Below, piece after piece: positions 44,203-56,958 of a DNA stretch of 64,000 nucleotides. Below the pieces are notes generated by a model, which saw only the letters and a list, made by a program, of their open reading frames with translations, had not been told where the DNA came from and ran no database searches. Every line of letters begins with the position of its first letter. Position 1 is the first letter of the stretch. Both the position numbers and the translations under genes were made by a program. The stretch comes from Amoebidium appalachense (Eukaryota > Protista > Ichthyosporea): the NCBI GenBank assembly GCA_963693365.1, contig CAVNZM010000004.1, forward strand, positions 6,733,093 to 6,797,092, given 5' to 3'.

Positions 44203-44289
44203 TTGTGCGTTTGTGTGTGTGTGTGTGTGCGTGTGGGCATGTGTTTGTGTGTGTGTTTTCGCAGTGTTCTGTGTGAGATGGGGGGTGGT

Positions 44290-44320
<31 letters not shown>

Positions 44321-44551
44321 ACCCGGGTGTTTCTTTTCTTTCTTTTTTTTCTTTTCTTTGTCCTTTTTTATTTTTCTGGGGCCGGGGGGGGGGGGGGGGG
44401 AGGGGGGAGGGGGAGGGGGGGAGGGGGGAGGGGGGTACCTTGACTGTAAGGACCCCATCACTACCCAGCTAGGATGATGATTGTGGGTGGATGGAAGGAA
44501 GTACAGATAAAACTTTACTAATATGAAAAGGGATAACCTGTACCATGAGCC

Positions 44552-44597
44552 ATTATGCTACACCCTGGCCCGCACATGGGCCAGGGTGTAGTATAAT
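44552..44597. repeat. Near-perfect palindrome (20-bp arms, 6-nt spacer)
   Basis: ATTATGCTACACCCTGGCCC-GCACAT-GGGCCAGGGTGTAGTATAAT; one G-T mismatch. Confidence 0.8.
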
Positions 44598-45336
44598 CCG
44601 CAGGATGGCTGTTGCATTCGGCGTATGCACTATGCCTGTGTAATTGTGTTTTGGTGACGAAGTCACTAGTATGCTATTGTGTGTTGGCATGAACGGCTGT
44701 GCAACTACATAATACTAAGCGCCATGAATCCTTCATCGCCATGCCCACGTGCATATGCACATGTAAATGTCTGCGAGCGCGGATGGGCTGTCTGCCTTAG
44801 TACGGTACGTGTTTTCTACATACTATGACCGCATATTTCCGTGCGTGTGTGCATGCATGTACACTACTGTGCCACATGGGTACTACAGGTTGCAAAAAAA
44901 TTCCTGGTTTGTATTTTAAGCACCCCTTCCAAGCCCCTTGCGTTGAATACCCAGCAGTGTGCGGGCAAGATATTTGTGCACTCCGACTTTATTATTGTGA
45001 TCATCATGGATGACTCACGATTTCCGGATCTGGTTTGCACAAGTTTCTTGAGTGCCCAGGCCATACACTATCATTCTGCCTGGCAATTGAGCTTCATCCC
45101 ATTTCGAGGCTGCAGTAAACGATGTTCTCCAGGGACCGTCGTACTATTGTAGTGTTCATTAGCCTAAGATGCCCTGTAATTTGTGATTTCATTCTCGCGT
45201 AACAAGTTTGCTAGACACGCATTATGTAAACTAACCTAATAGTATAATCACGTAGTGCTTGCTTTAAGTGCAGTACTGGTACCAAAGATTATTAATATAG
45301 ATATTGCTTCAGTGGTGTTTTAGCAAATACTACCGC

Positions 45337-45402
45337 CTACCAGCATCGAGCAAAACCGTTGCCCGATTCATAGAGCAAGTAGATGCCGTTCTCCTGGGCT
45401 GG
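45337..45402 (-). pseudogene. C-terminal remnant of a third GH114 gene
   Basis: Encodes PAQENGIYLLYESGNGFARCW*, versus PAQENGISMLYESGNGYARCW* in copy A; upstream coding sequence is replaced by a (CA)n tract. Confidence 0.8.
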
Positions 45403-45425
45403 GTGTGCATCTGTGTGTGCTTTTG

Positions 45426-45541
<116 letters not shown>

Positions 45542-46318
45542 GATACTGCCGGTCCTACGTAGTTTGTGTTCATGAAAATCTACTCATTGCATGTGTGTTG
45601 ATGTGCCGCTGTGTGCGCGCGAGAGAAAGGAGGGTTAGAGGACATTAAGAGTTGGGGTTGGGGGTTGGGGGTGTGAGGGAAAGGGGGGTTGGAGGGGGGG
45701 GGGGCGGGAGGGGGGGGGGGGAGGATGGTTCAAGAGAGAAGAAAAAGCAGGAGATGAGACGGAAGACGTGAGAGAAGTATGCATGTGTTTGTGGGTTAGC
45801 CAGAGAGAGCGGTGAAGGGGGGGGGGGGGGGGGGGGAGGGGGGGAGGGACTCGGAAAATTAGCATCAAATTAGTGGATTTTCGATGCCATATCCACCGTA
45901 AGCACCACCTCAAATCTGGCCAGCAACCTGCCACATTACCACACTGCAACTTACAAATTGCATCGTGGTTGAACACTATACTATTACCCCGTGTGCAGAT
46001 TTTTCTTGGAGGGGTGGGGAGGCCCCGCGCTTCCCCACTAGCAAGGTTGGGCCACAAACCCTGGGCTAAGTGTGTACAACTTGGTGATTTAGGATTGGTT
46101 GTACACTATATGTTAGCCTGTGTTTAATAGTTGGAAGCACCATTAGCGCCCTAACATCACTGGGGTACAGTCGGTGCCATGTGAAAGACAGTGGTGCCCT
46201 TGAGGAATCATTGAAGCGCACACTACGAACAAAATGGGGCATAAAGAAAAAAATAAAAAGGCAAGTTGTCGGTTTACTATTGTACATGTTGCTGTGGGGT
46301 GGGGGTGGGGGTCTGTGT

Positions 46319-46470
<152 letters not shown>

Positions 46471-47360
46471 CAATCACATATCTATACCCCCAAGCCCCCC
46501 TCACCACCACCTCCCCATTTCCCACTATTACAAACACCCGCACGCCCTGGCACATGTCACCTGATAAACTTTTATGTTAAGCCAAGCATTCCGATGATTA
46601 TTCCAGGCTATTATTCAATGATAAAAAAGGTACTGGTCTCGCATCTGTTTAACTTTTGGCTCGAAGTGTCGTCAACACACAGTTTTCCCAGGTGGCCCTG
46701 GTGGCAGAAAAAAGGGGAAATGGGGAAGGGGAGAGGGGGAAGGGGGATAGCGGGGTTTAAAGTGTCATCGCCGGGAGGGGGGGGGTTGGGGGGGGTGGGG
46801 AAGGGAGGGAGGGAGTGAAACGTGCACCAGCAGTGCCTCTGGTTTCGGAGTGCTGCGCCAGCCGTGGGTTCACATTCCATACTGATTGCGCAAACCCAAT
46901 GCTCGCCAATCACACGTAGCTTTTAAATCCCGCTATACCACCCAACAAAGGGGTCTGGTCTGAGGAAGGCACGTACAGATCTTGCCTTTGTGTCACTGTT
47001 ACGTGTAGTGTTTCAGTATAAGAGTCTTTGTAATAAAAATACTCTATTGCATAAAGAAGCAAATAAAAAATTCAAAAAGTGCGTATGTTCTGTAAACGGT
47101 GTTCTGGTTGATCAGGTTTCCTCAAAGTTTAGACGTCGGACGATGCAGATCCAAAACTCCAGATTTTTGTAGCGCCCCCACCACAAAAGATCTATCTATC
47201 ATCAGGTGGTGCATCTGCCACGTCATCACTTTGACACAGCCACCTCTTCAGTTCGTGTTTGGAGCTGCGAGACCCATGTTTACCCCATGTTTACTAAGTG
47301 ATCGAGATAGCCATATAGTTCTAGCGTTTTCCCGAGTCTTTCTATTTTTCAAATATTATC

Positions 47361-50325
47361 ATGGCGTTCTTTTCAGACCCATCTTGCCTTTCTGCGCCAC
47401 AGCCTCTCTGCCGTGAGTGCCGGGTGGCGACGATCATACACGAGGACCACGAGTCTGGGGACGTGGTTTGTACACGCTGTGGTTTGGTGCTGTCGGAAAG
47501 GTAAGTTTATGGGGTGGATTAGGTGCAAAGTACTGTGGGGTTTTTTTAGGTGCAACAGAACATTTTTATGAGAACTAAACTTGACCCTTGGGGACTAACG
47601 GATGTGTGCTTTGCATAGCTCTGTGTATGTGCGTAGGGCGACACCAATTATTAGTGTGCATCAGTGCATGTGTCCATGGTTGGGTTGGATGTGTGAGATG
47701 CCTGGGAAACTCCAAACATGTGACTGTGTGTGCGTGATTTGTGTTGACATGCTTGTGCGTGCGTGGCGCGCGTGTGTATATGTGTGTGCACGTGTGCGTG
47801 TGTGCACGTGTGTGTGTTTGCCGCTTTACTGCAGTGAGTGTCTGTGCTGCTGCCGAGCAGATTTTGTCCCGAGCTCTACTGCCCCCCTCCCCCCCCCCCC
47901 CCCCCCCCCCCCTTAAACCCACCCCAACAACCACCACCACCACGACCTACGTGTGCATCTTAACACCCACCCACACACACACGTATACACTTCCGTTTCT
48001 TTTCTTCTTCCGTTTTTTTTTTTTGCCCAGTGCACGACATCGTCAAATCTAATACCACTCGAAATTTCCCCTTTGTTTCAGGTTTGCAGTCAGCAGAGAA
48101 AGGCAGCAAGAGCCTCAGACAGTGAGCAGCCACCACCCCTTTCTTGCAGTCACAGGGGGCTTGTATGCGGCACATCATCACACAGACACAGAGGGCGAAA
48201 TGGTGGTGGGTGCCTTTTCAACACACACAACAAGGAAGGGTTGCAAGATTTCTACGGCGAATGGTGGTGGATGTGTTGTGGCTACAGAGGGTGTACAGGT
48301 ATGTCTTTGTGACTCCTTATATGTTGCGGAGTAGTGGGGGTTGGAGGGGGGGGGGGGGGGGGGGGGGAGAAGGTACGGTCCGCGTGCGTGTGTGAGCGTG
48401 TGGTATGTGTGTCTATGTCTCTCTCTTTCTCTGTGTGTGTGTGTGTGTGTGTGCGCGCGCGCGGGCGTGTGCGTGTGTGTGTCTAGTTGTGCTATGTGTG
48501 AGGTGTGTATGTCCGTGTCCGTGTCTGTGTCTGTGTGTCTGTGTGTCTGTGGATGTGTGTGTCTTTTTGTTTATACCGAGAAATGGGGTTCTTCGTCAAA
48601 GTCACAACAGCCGCTTCCGGATTTCGTAAACTCTAAACCGAAATGGTGGATCTTACCTATTACGAGGTGGTGTTTACTTCTTTGCTTCTTAGCCCCCCGT
48701 CCTATCTTCCGCCCTCAGATCCCCCCTTGCTCCTTTTCCATTGTCGCTCCTTAGTTCAATATTCCCGCCTCTTATTCGTCCTCCCACGTATGTCTCTCTT
48801 CTTTTCCTTAACACGGACCAAGTCTAACACTCTTATCCCTCTCTCCCCCCTCCCCCCCCCCCCCCCTCCCCCCCCCCCACCCCCCCCCAACACACGCACA
48901 CAGGTTCTGGAGCTTCTAGGCCATCGACTCCATCTCCCCAAGGATGTGATTTATGCGGCAGGTACATTCCTTGCACATGTGGTATGTAGCGGTAGCGGGA
49001 GGGATAGAGGCAGGATCAAAGACACACATGCGCTTGCCACTGCGTGCCTGTTTGTGGTGTGTAGGGCCGCAGGTGTCTCACGTGCGTGGAGGGAGGTGTG
49101 CCACTCAGCGGGGGTGCGCAGGAGGCTGGCTGCAAGGTGCTACAAGACGGTGGTGGCGGTGTGGAGGGAAGCTTCTGGGCCCCAAGTGCGCGAAAACACG
49201 TGGTGTTCAGGTAAGGCGCACGTGTGTGTGTGCGCACACAAGCACATGTGTGCTGGGGACCATGAGGTGCCTGATAATGAGTGGTAGATTTAGGATGGTT
49301 GATTGGTTAGGATTTTGTGGTAGGGTAGAGTGGTTTGTTGTTTGGACAGGTGGCGGGGTGGTACCGTGGCAACGGTGGTATGTTTCTTTTTTTACGGTTT
49401 TTCAATTTGATTCGCAGTTTCGATTTCGCCGTTTTTCTCTAGTGGGGTTCAATTGTGATACGCTAGATGCTACATATGGTCCAAGGATAATCCAACGACG
49501 GACAATTCTTTATCGACCAAACATGGACAGTTTGTGTACATTTTCCCTCGTGGACTTGGCTCGAGCAGGGAGAGAGAGGGGGGGAGGGGGGGGGGGGGGG
49601 GGGGGATCTATATGTACCAGGGAGGCACAGATGATGGTGTCAGGGTGGCGGATTTCCTTATTTGGGCTGTTGGTGGCTGGACCCTCACATCCCTATGCGC
49701 CTGCCCAGAGTCTACACGGCACAGCCCTGAGCCGACAGGTAGATACTTCAGGGAGAGGCATGCAAGGCAAAGCAATCAGAGCATTTAAACTTTCTCTTGC
49801 TTTATATGAATACACAGGTGTGTACGACGTGAATATATAGAACAAGCAAAGTCAACAAACGAAGGAAAAAAGAAAAGGAGAAGGGGGAGATGTAGAAACA
49901 CAAGGGCCAAGCAAACACAGAACTAGAGATGAGCATCTGTTTGTTTGTTGGCCATTTGTGGGTGTCTGTGTCATGTTGGATCACATTGACGATGGCTGGC
50001 TGATAGGTGCTGGGCCAACGACAGCTGCACCATCGGGGGATTCTGTGGATACCATGCTGAAAGGGTGCATAGAATCCCCCCCCCACCCCCCCCATTTCGT
50101 CGTGTCCCCATCTCTCTAAACACACAGGCGTGCATACACGCACACCATATACTCCCTCACACGCGCGCGCGCACACATGCACACACACACACACACACAT
50201 CCCCGCCGTCTTTTGTTAAATGCACGTATATGGTTGTGCGCCCTCCCCCCCTCCCCCCGCCCCCCCCCCCCGTTAGGAGTGTTTGTTTACAAGTAGGCCT
50301 AGGTGCAAGCCCTGAAGAAATATGA
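47361..50325 (+). CDS. Divergent TFIIB-family transcription initiation factor (Zn ribbon plus cyclin repeat); 3' end uncertain
   Basis: Exons 47361-47500 (CRECRVATIIHEDHESGDVVCTRCGLVLSER Zn ribbon), 48082-48298 and 48904-49210 (RLHLPKDVIYAA...ALATACLFVVCRAAGVSRAWREVCHSAGVRRRLAARCYK, cyclin repeat 1). Tentative exons 50007-50064 and from 50277. An unspliced stop lies at 49287. Confidence 0.75.
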
Positions 50326-50685
50326 TAGCTCCCAACTCTCTATGCTACGCAACCATGTTTTTCGTTTCGTTGTTGTTTGCTGCCCAAACTTTGTGGTCGT
50401 GCTTTGCCAACTTTGGGTAGGCGTTTGTGTTGTATGTATTGACCATCCCAACGAAATGTTGGGTTTACAAGCACGAAAAAGGAATATGCAATATTTTGGA
50501 TTGAGAGGGAGAGGGGGTGTAGTGAGCACTGCCTGAAGAGTGCTATCATGGGGGGGGGGGGGGGGGGGGGGGGGAAGGGCTGTTACTTCGTGTTCACACA
50601 CAGACACACTTGCAAGGGGTGGAGGTACAAGTGCATGGGCCGGCCACTGCCACACATGCCTTCATACCCCCTTCCATCATCTCCC

Positions 50686-50729
<44 letters not shown>

Positions 50730-50886
50730 TGCCCTCAACAACAACAAAAAAGAAGGGGGGAAACCCCCGCTTTCTTCCTCCTTTCTCATGAGGAGCAGGA
50801 AATATGGTCTCCGAATCACGCTGGAATGAGGTTGGAACGAGGTGTGTAACTCCTCCCTCCCCCTCCCCCCTCCCCCGTTCAGCCCT

Positions 50887-50955
<69 letters not shown>

Positions 50956-51154
50956 TCACAAGTAAAACCCTAAACCTCCACCCGTCTGCCCGTCACCCTG
51001 AGCCCTCCCGCTCTTCCCTGCCCAATGGGCTTCGTTGCACCATTATTAGGGCAAAAGGAAAGGACACCGTAGTGTCGGGGTGTGTGTGCATGTCTGCGTG
51101 TGTGTGGCTATGTGTCTGCTTGTGTTTTATAGCCGGGGCGCGGGGGGAGGGGGA

Positions 51155-51208
<54 letters not shown>

Positions 51209-51332
51209 AGAAGCACCGTTGAAACTTCATGGGTCATGGGAGCGGGAGTTCAGGATTCGTGCCAGCATAAACCCTTGCACCCTCCGTATATTATTAGGGT
51301 GACACCATGATCCGTATTTGCCCCCCCCCCCC

Positions 51333-51369
<37 letters not shown>

Positions 51370-52404
51370 CGCCCATCCCCCCCCCCCCCCCCCCCCCCCC
51401 CTCCCCCTAGGCGGGCCCTCTCTCCCTCCTGCACCTAGTATTAGTGTCCAGTTGGCTTTGGGGTTCCCCAGTTTGTGTAAAGCTCCATTTGTGAGATTGA
51501 TTGATTGCTTCTGTACACGAGTGCATCCACACATGCTGCACATGCACGTAGGCTGCATACGCTCGTGCACACACACCTGTAAGCGTAATTAGCGACTACT
51601 TTTGGGTGTTTCAGCGCTATGGTTTGGTCTGCCACACCTTCCACCCACCCCACCCCATCCCATCCCGGTGCCTTCCTACTTTCCCACTCTGACCCCCCCC
51701 CCCCCCCCCCCCCCCTCCCCCGGGCAACCCCCTCCCCCCTCCCCGGTGCGTGTGCATACACATATGGCCCCCCTCCCCTTGCCCCCCCTCCCCCTTCCCC
51801 GCCCCGCCCCCGTAGTGTTACGTATAGTGGACTGTGTTTGCTCTGCAACCGGATTGCAGTTATGGCACTATTCTTCCTGGCAGTGCTAATTATAAAATGA
51901 AACCTGTTGAAATTCACTGTGCCGACCCCTCATAAGTCCCCCCCCTCCCCCCGCGCCACCCGTCCCTCCCCCGCCGCATTGAATATATACACACACCTGG
52001 AACCCTCCCGAAGGGAACCTCTTTCCCACATTCAAATGCACGTATGCATGCACTATCTAATTAGCACACAGATAATGATACTATGATACTAGTAGCTGCA
52101 GTGCTTGTGCCTGCAGGCATGTGTACACCTGATCACCAGCTTGAGGTGGCTTCTCGTGCATCCCTGTGTGTGATACTATGACGCGCCTTTGACCCCCCCC
52201 CCCCCCCCCCCCCACATCGTTAGTCACAATCTTCTCACATATATGAGAGAATGATCGTATTGGTACGATTTGTCTAATATCTGACGATTCTGCAGCATCC
52301 CTAAGACCCCCCTCCCCCTCCCCTCCCCCCCCCCCCACCTTCTCTCTCTCTCTCTCCCTCTCCCTCTCTCCCTCTCTCCCTCTCTCCCTCTCTCTCTCGC
52401 TCTC

Positions 52405-52519
<115 letters not shown>

Positions 52520-52742
52520 GCGCCTGTTGTTTTGCTTGTCATTTGTTGTTCTGGTTGATTACCTGTAATCTTCGCTTATTTAGTGTGTGTGTGTGTGTGT
52601 GTGTGTGCATATGTTGTGCGGGGTTGCACATACCGGTGTCTACTTTTCTTCTTACTGTTTTTCTCTCCACACACTTCATCTGTCCACTTCTACATACCCC
52701 CTTTCATAGCTATAGACACACTTCACACATTGCGTTACGCGC

Positions 52743-53416
52743 ACGCATGCACACACCGCTCTGTTGGCGACAGCTCCCTTGGAACCCATGCGGCATGTTA
52801 CCCGCCGGCGTAACATAACTCGGACTATCGGTTTGGCTTTTTTCAAGCCCAAAGCAATGGGTGATACCATATTTCCGGCTGACATCCGGGGGCATAGCTT
52901 TCCGTTCGAAGACGATAAAGTTCCGCCCTAGTAAGCGTGTTACTACCCTGCGGCGTGGGTCAAATCTCATATTTTCCCCTCTGATTGCGAATTCTGCGGC
53001 CTTTGGGACTTAATTCTTTTCAGCTGGTGTAGTATGTTAGCCAGGGAAGTATCGACTTAGGTATCGACGGGGGAGCTTCCTAGAAGCCCCGTCTCCTGAG
53101 TTCCTATCTATATTTTTCTTGCTTCTGCTTACTGCTGCAACTTTAACCCCCGGCCTTTCCCACTGCCCTTGCCTGCATAAGCAACCCTGCTCGTCTCTGA
53201 TCAAGACGGGTGACCTACTCATGTTCAAGTGAAACAGTATCTGAGTTGGGTTTCGTTAACGAGGGGAATAGGTCGAAACTCGGGTACTGTGGATGACGTG
53301 GGCCCCCCCTGAGGATGGGCTCTGCTTATTATGCATCCTCTTTATGTATGGCTTGCATTCTGCATCGTGTTATCCGTTTGTTCTTGTGTACTTCGTACTT
53401 TTTGACGCATTCAAAC
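52743..53416 (+). mobile_element. Longest copy of the poly(C)-associated repeat: ORF C-terminal remnant, 3' region with structured RNA, end at poly(C)
   Basis: Open frame 52743-52931 (..RNITRTIGLAFFKPKAMGDTIFPADI..*), loosely like the post-RT segment of Penelope-like elements (inference). ~52960-53416 is near-identical to 12486-12941 inverted and ends GCATTCAAA-CCCC. Confidence 0.8.
53177..53329 (+). ncRNA. Predicted conserved structured RNA module within the repeat
   Basis: Helices 53177-83/53323-29, 53190-96/53204-10, 53212-17/53269-74, 53218-24/53296-302 and 53234-47/53277-90, with compensatory changes in the copies at 1051-1209 and ~9890-9985. Confidence 0.6.
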
Positions 53417-53998
53417 CCCCCCCCCTCCCCCCCTCCCCCCCCCCCCCCTCCCCCCCCCTCCCCCCCTCTCCCCCCCCCCTCCCTCCCTGCCCCCCCCTCC
53501 CCCCCCTCCCCCCCCCCCCCCCCAAAAAAAAAAAAAAAAAAACCACAAACACAACCACCCGCCCACCCATCGACCTACCCACCGATCCACCATCAACTTA
53601 CACACACACACACACACAGACAGACAGACAGACACACACACACACAAACGCACACACACACACACACCCCCTCACTCCTGATAATAGTTTCCGTATCAGC
53701 TTTGGTTATCCTTGGTTGCTCAACACCTTTCGTTTTCTGGGATTGACGGCCCAGGTGCATGCGTGCATGCATGCATGCATGTGCACATATGGTGCGCATG
53801 CATGCACGCATGTAACTACTCTAGGGACACGGGCACCTACTAGTGCCATGTTTCAGTACCGGCAATGGCTTTTGTTGCCCACGGCCCCACCCCCACCCCG
53901 TTTCCCACCCTTATCCTCTCCCCCTCCTCCCCCCCTCCCCCCCCCGGTCCCCCTTGGTATTATAGCATAGTTTACCCCCCACCCCCCACCGAGGCTGC

Positions 53999-54051
<53 letters not shown>

Positions 54052-54071
54052 CCTCTCCCTCTCCCTCTCCC

Positions 54072-54103
<32 letters not shown>

Positions 54104-54609
54104 CCTCCCCCCCCCCCCCTCCCCTCCGCCCCAGCATATGATTGCTTATCCCCCCCCCCCCCCCCCCCCCCCCCCCTCCCCCCCCCCCCCCCCCCCCCCC
54201 GGCCCGGGCCCCTCCCACCTCCCTTACGATTATGGGGCTTTATATTGGTACTTGCTCATAGTGGAACATGTTTCCTCTGCAACTGAATTGCAGTTATACT
54301 GCTGTTGTGGGTAGCCTTGCGGCGCAGACTGTCAGTGCTAATAAAATTAGACGAATGGAACTTCAGTGTGTTAGTTTACTACCGGCTGTTATGAGCCCCC
54401 CCCCCCCCCCCCCCCCCCCCCCGCCCCCTCGCTCCCCCTCGGCACGTACACACTCATAACCCCCCAACCCCCCCCCCATTACACACACATAAATGTCTCT
54501 CCCTCTCTCTCCCCCCCCCCCCCCTCCCCCTCCCCTCGGCACGTACACACACAACCCCCCCCCCCTCTCTCCCCCGTGGCATTCACACACACACGTCTCT
54601 CTCTCTCTC

Positions 54610-54771
<162 letters not shown>

Positions 54772-54997
54772 CCTCCCTCTCCAGAGGCTCAGCGGCTACC
54801 ACACACATCTGATTCATGATCAAACACGTAGAACCCCAAGTCACTATAAGTCTTTCAAATTCCCACATAGTTCAAATCCATATGCAAGCATCTTTCAAGC
54901 ACACAGCAACTAGCAGTTCTTGTGTTTAAATGACAGACACCTGGTCACCCAGTTACACCCTTCCACGCACATCTAACAGGTTCAACATGCCCCCTCG

Positions 54998-55031
<34 letters not shown>

Positions 55032-55442
55032 TACTCCCACCCCAACCCCAACCCTCCACCCCATGTCTTGTGTGCTCTGCAACTTCGGCAGTTTTTGTCC
55101 GTCTTGAATGTTTCAACGTTCTCCGTAATGCAGCGTTAATAAAAATCCCTCTCCCCCCCCCTCTTCCCCCCCCCCCTCCCCCCCCTCCGAACACGCAGAC
55201 ACTCGGCATGCACAAGTGCAGGTTGCAGACCCCACACACGTGATAGCCCATATTTGAAGCTAGATTCTCCTGCTGCAGCATCAGGTTCACGTCTCTTGCC
55301 TCCCCCCCCCCCCCCCCCCCCCCCCCTTCCCCCCTTCCCCCCTCCCCCCTCCCCCCCCCCCCCCCTTCTCCCGCCCCCTCACCCCCACTCTCTTCAGCAC
55401 CAACCCCCATTATCCCTCCCCCCTCCCCCCTCCCCCCCTCCC

Positions 55443-55476
<34 letters not shown>

Positions 55477-56444
55477 CCTTCCCCCCTTTTCCTTAGGATA
55501 ACTGGGTGTATTGCTAGGTGACTCTAATGGGTTGTGTTCTCTCTGCTACCTGATTGCAGTTAAGATAGGCTGTGAGCACCCTGGATAGTGTTTGTCCGTG
55601 ATTATAACACATGAACTTAAAGAAAACGGTGTGGCAATCGTTAAAGGACCCCCCCCCTCCCCCCCCCCCCTTTCCCCCCCTCCCCCTCCGTCCCTCCCTC
55701 CCCCCCACGCTCCCTTTTCCCTTTCCCCCCCCCCCCCCCCCCCCCTCCCCCCCCCCTTCCTCCCCCTCCCTCCCTTCCCCCAGGCTCCCCGGCCCTGACC
55801 AGCCCACACATACACACCTGGAAGCTTTCCCTTTCCCACCATCAAGCCGATGCATGCATGCATGACCAGGCACACAGGTGTTAATATTGTTCCCACAGAC
55901 ACCTAATCTCACAGGCTGCCACTGGTGTGGCCCACTCCCACACACCTACAGCAGCCCCCCCCCTCCCCCCCCACTCTCCTCCCCCCCCCCTCCCCCCCCC
56001 TCCTCCCCCCCCCCCCCCCCCCCCCCCTCCCACCAAAATAGAACGCACACACACATACACAATGCGCGCGCACACACACACACATGCACACACGCACGCG
56101 TGTGCGTGCGTGTGCACAAATTTAAACACACACCTTTTCCATCACCAGCTACCCCTACCCCCTCCTCCCCCCCTACCCTCCCCCCCTCCCCCCGCCCCCC
56201 TCGTCCACCCCCCTTGCCCTTCCCCCTCCCCTCCTCCCCCCCTCCCCCCCCCCCCCCCCCCCCCCCGCTCCCCCCTCCATCCCTCCCCCTTGCGGTCATT
56301 CCATCATGATTAGCCCCATGTATCCAGTTCTTTGCACCTGCACACATGATTGCTACACAACACCGAAGCATTACCCCTACTCTCAAGATTAATGGTGTTG
56401 ACTACCAAATTTTTGAAAGGGTAACGTGTCTACCGGGCTGATCG

Positions 56445-56745
56445 GGTGGGATGACGGACATATGCAGAAGCCCTAACGAGCATGTGCAATTGCAAGGTGG
56501 GGTCATACGGATGGGATATATAGGGTGGGATATATGGATGGGATAAACTGGGTGGGATATATGGATGGGATCTATCTGGTGTGGGATTTCTTCCGTGAGT
56601 TGATTATTGAATAAGTTAGACCAGGTGGATTGATGGTTCGAATAGTGATGGAATGATGTTTCAAGTAGAATGCATGGTGGGGATATCTCTTATGCGAAAT
56701 ATGGATAGAATATATTGGGTGGGATATATCGGGTGGGATATGGCA
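56445..56745. repeat. Degenerate array of GGGTGGGATATA / TGGGAT motifs
   Basis: Roughly ten TGGGAT-core motifs in the same orientation, including two GGGTGGGATATATGGATGGGAT units. Confidence 0.6.
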
Positions 56746-56920
56746 ATTACAGACAACCAATTTTTCGCAGTGCTGCAACCAAACCGAGAAACCTTGAATC
56801 CGAATATCTCAACAACGGTTGGGCTTTCTGCAGGAAAACATAACTTCGGAGCTATACCTTACATATCGTTTTAGAACTCCACATTCTTTTCAGTCTTTAG
56901 TGTTTCACAAGACTCGTGCC

Positions 56921-56958
<38 letters not shown>

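Noticed and set aside
53290-53320. SECIS element, box C/D snoRNA or RNase MRP (GATGA..CTGA; reverse-strand GCTCATCCTCAG-like word)
   Set aside because: The stem between ATGA and TGA is too short for SECIS and has no AAR loop; no second C/D pair or MRP GAAAGUCCCC partner was found; the sequence is part of a multicopy repeat.
53177-53329. Canonical hammerhead ribozyme (CTGAGGA and GAAAC present)
   Set aside because: Order and spacing are wrong: no stem II between CTGAGGA and a downstream GAAA, no room for stem I, and the candidate GUC is GCC in two copies.
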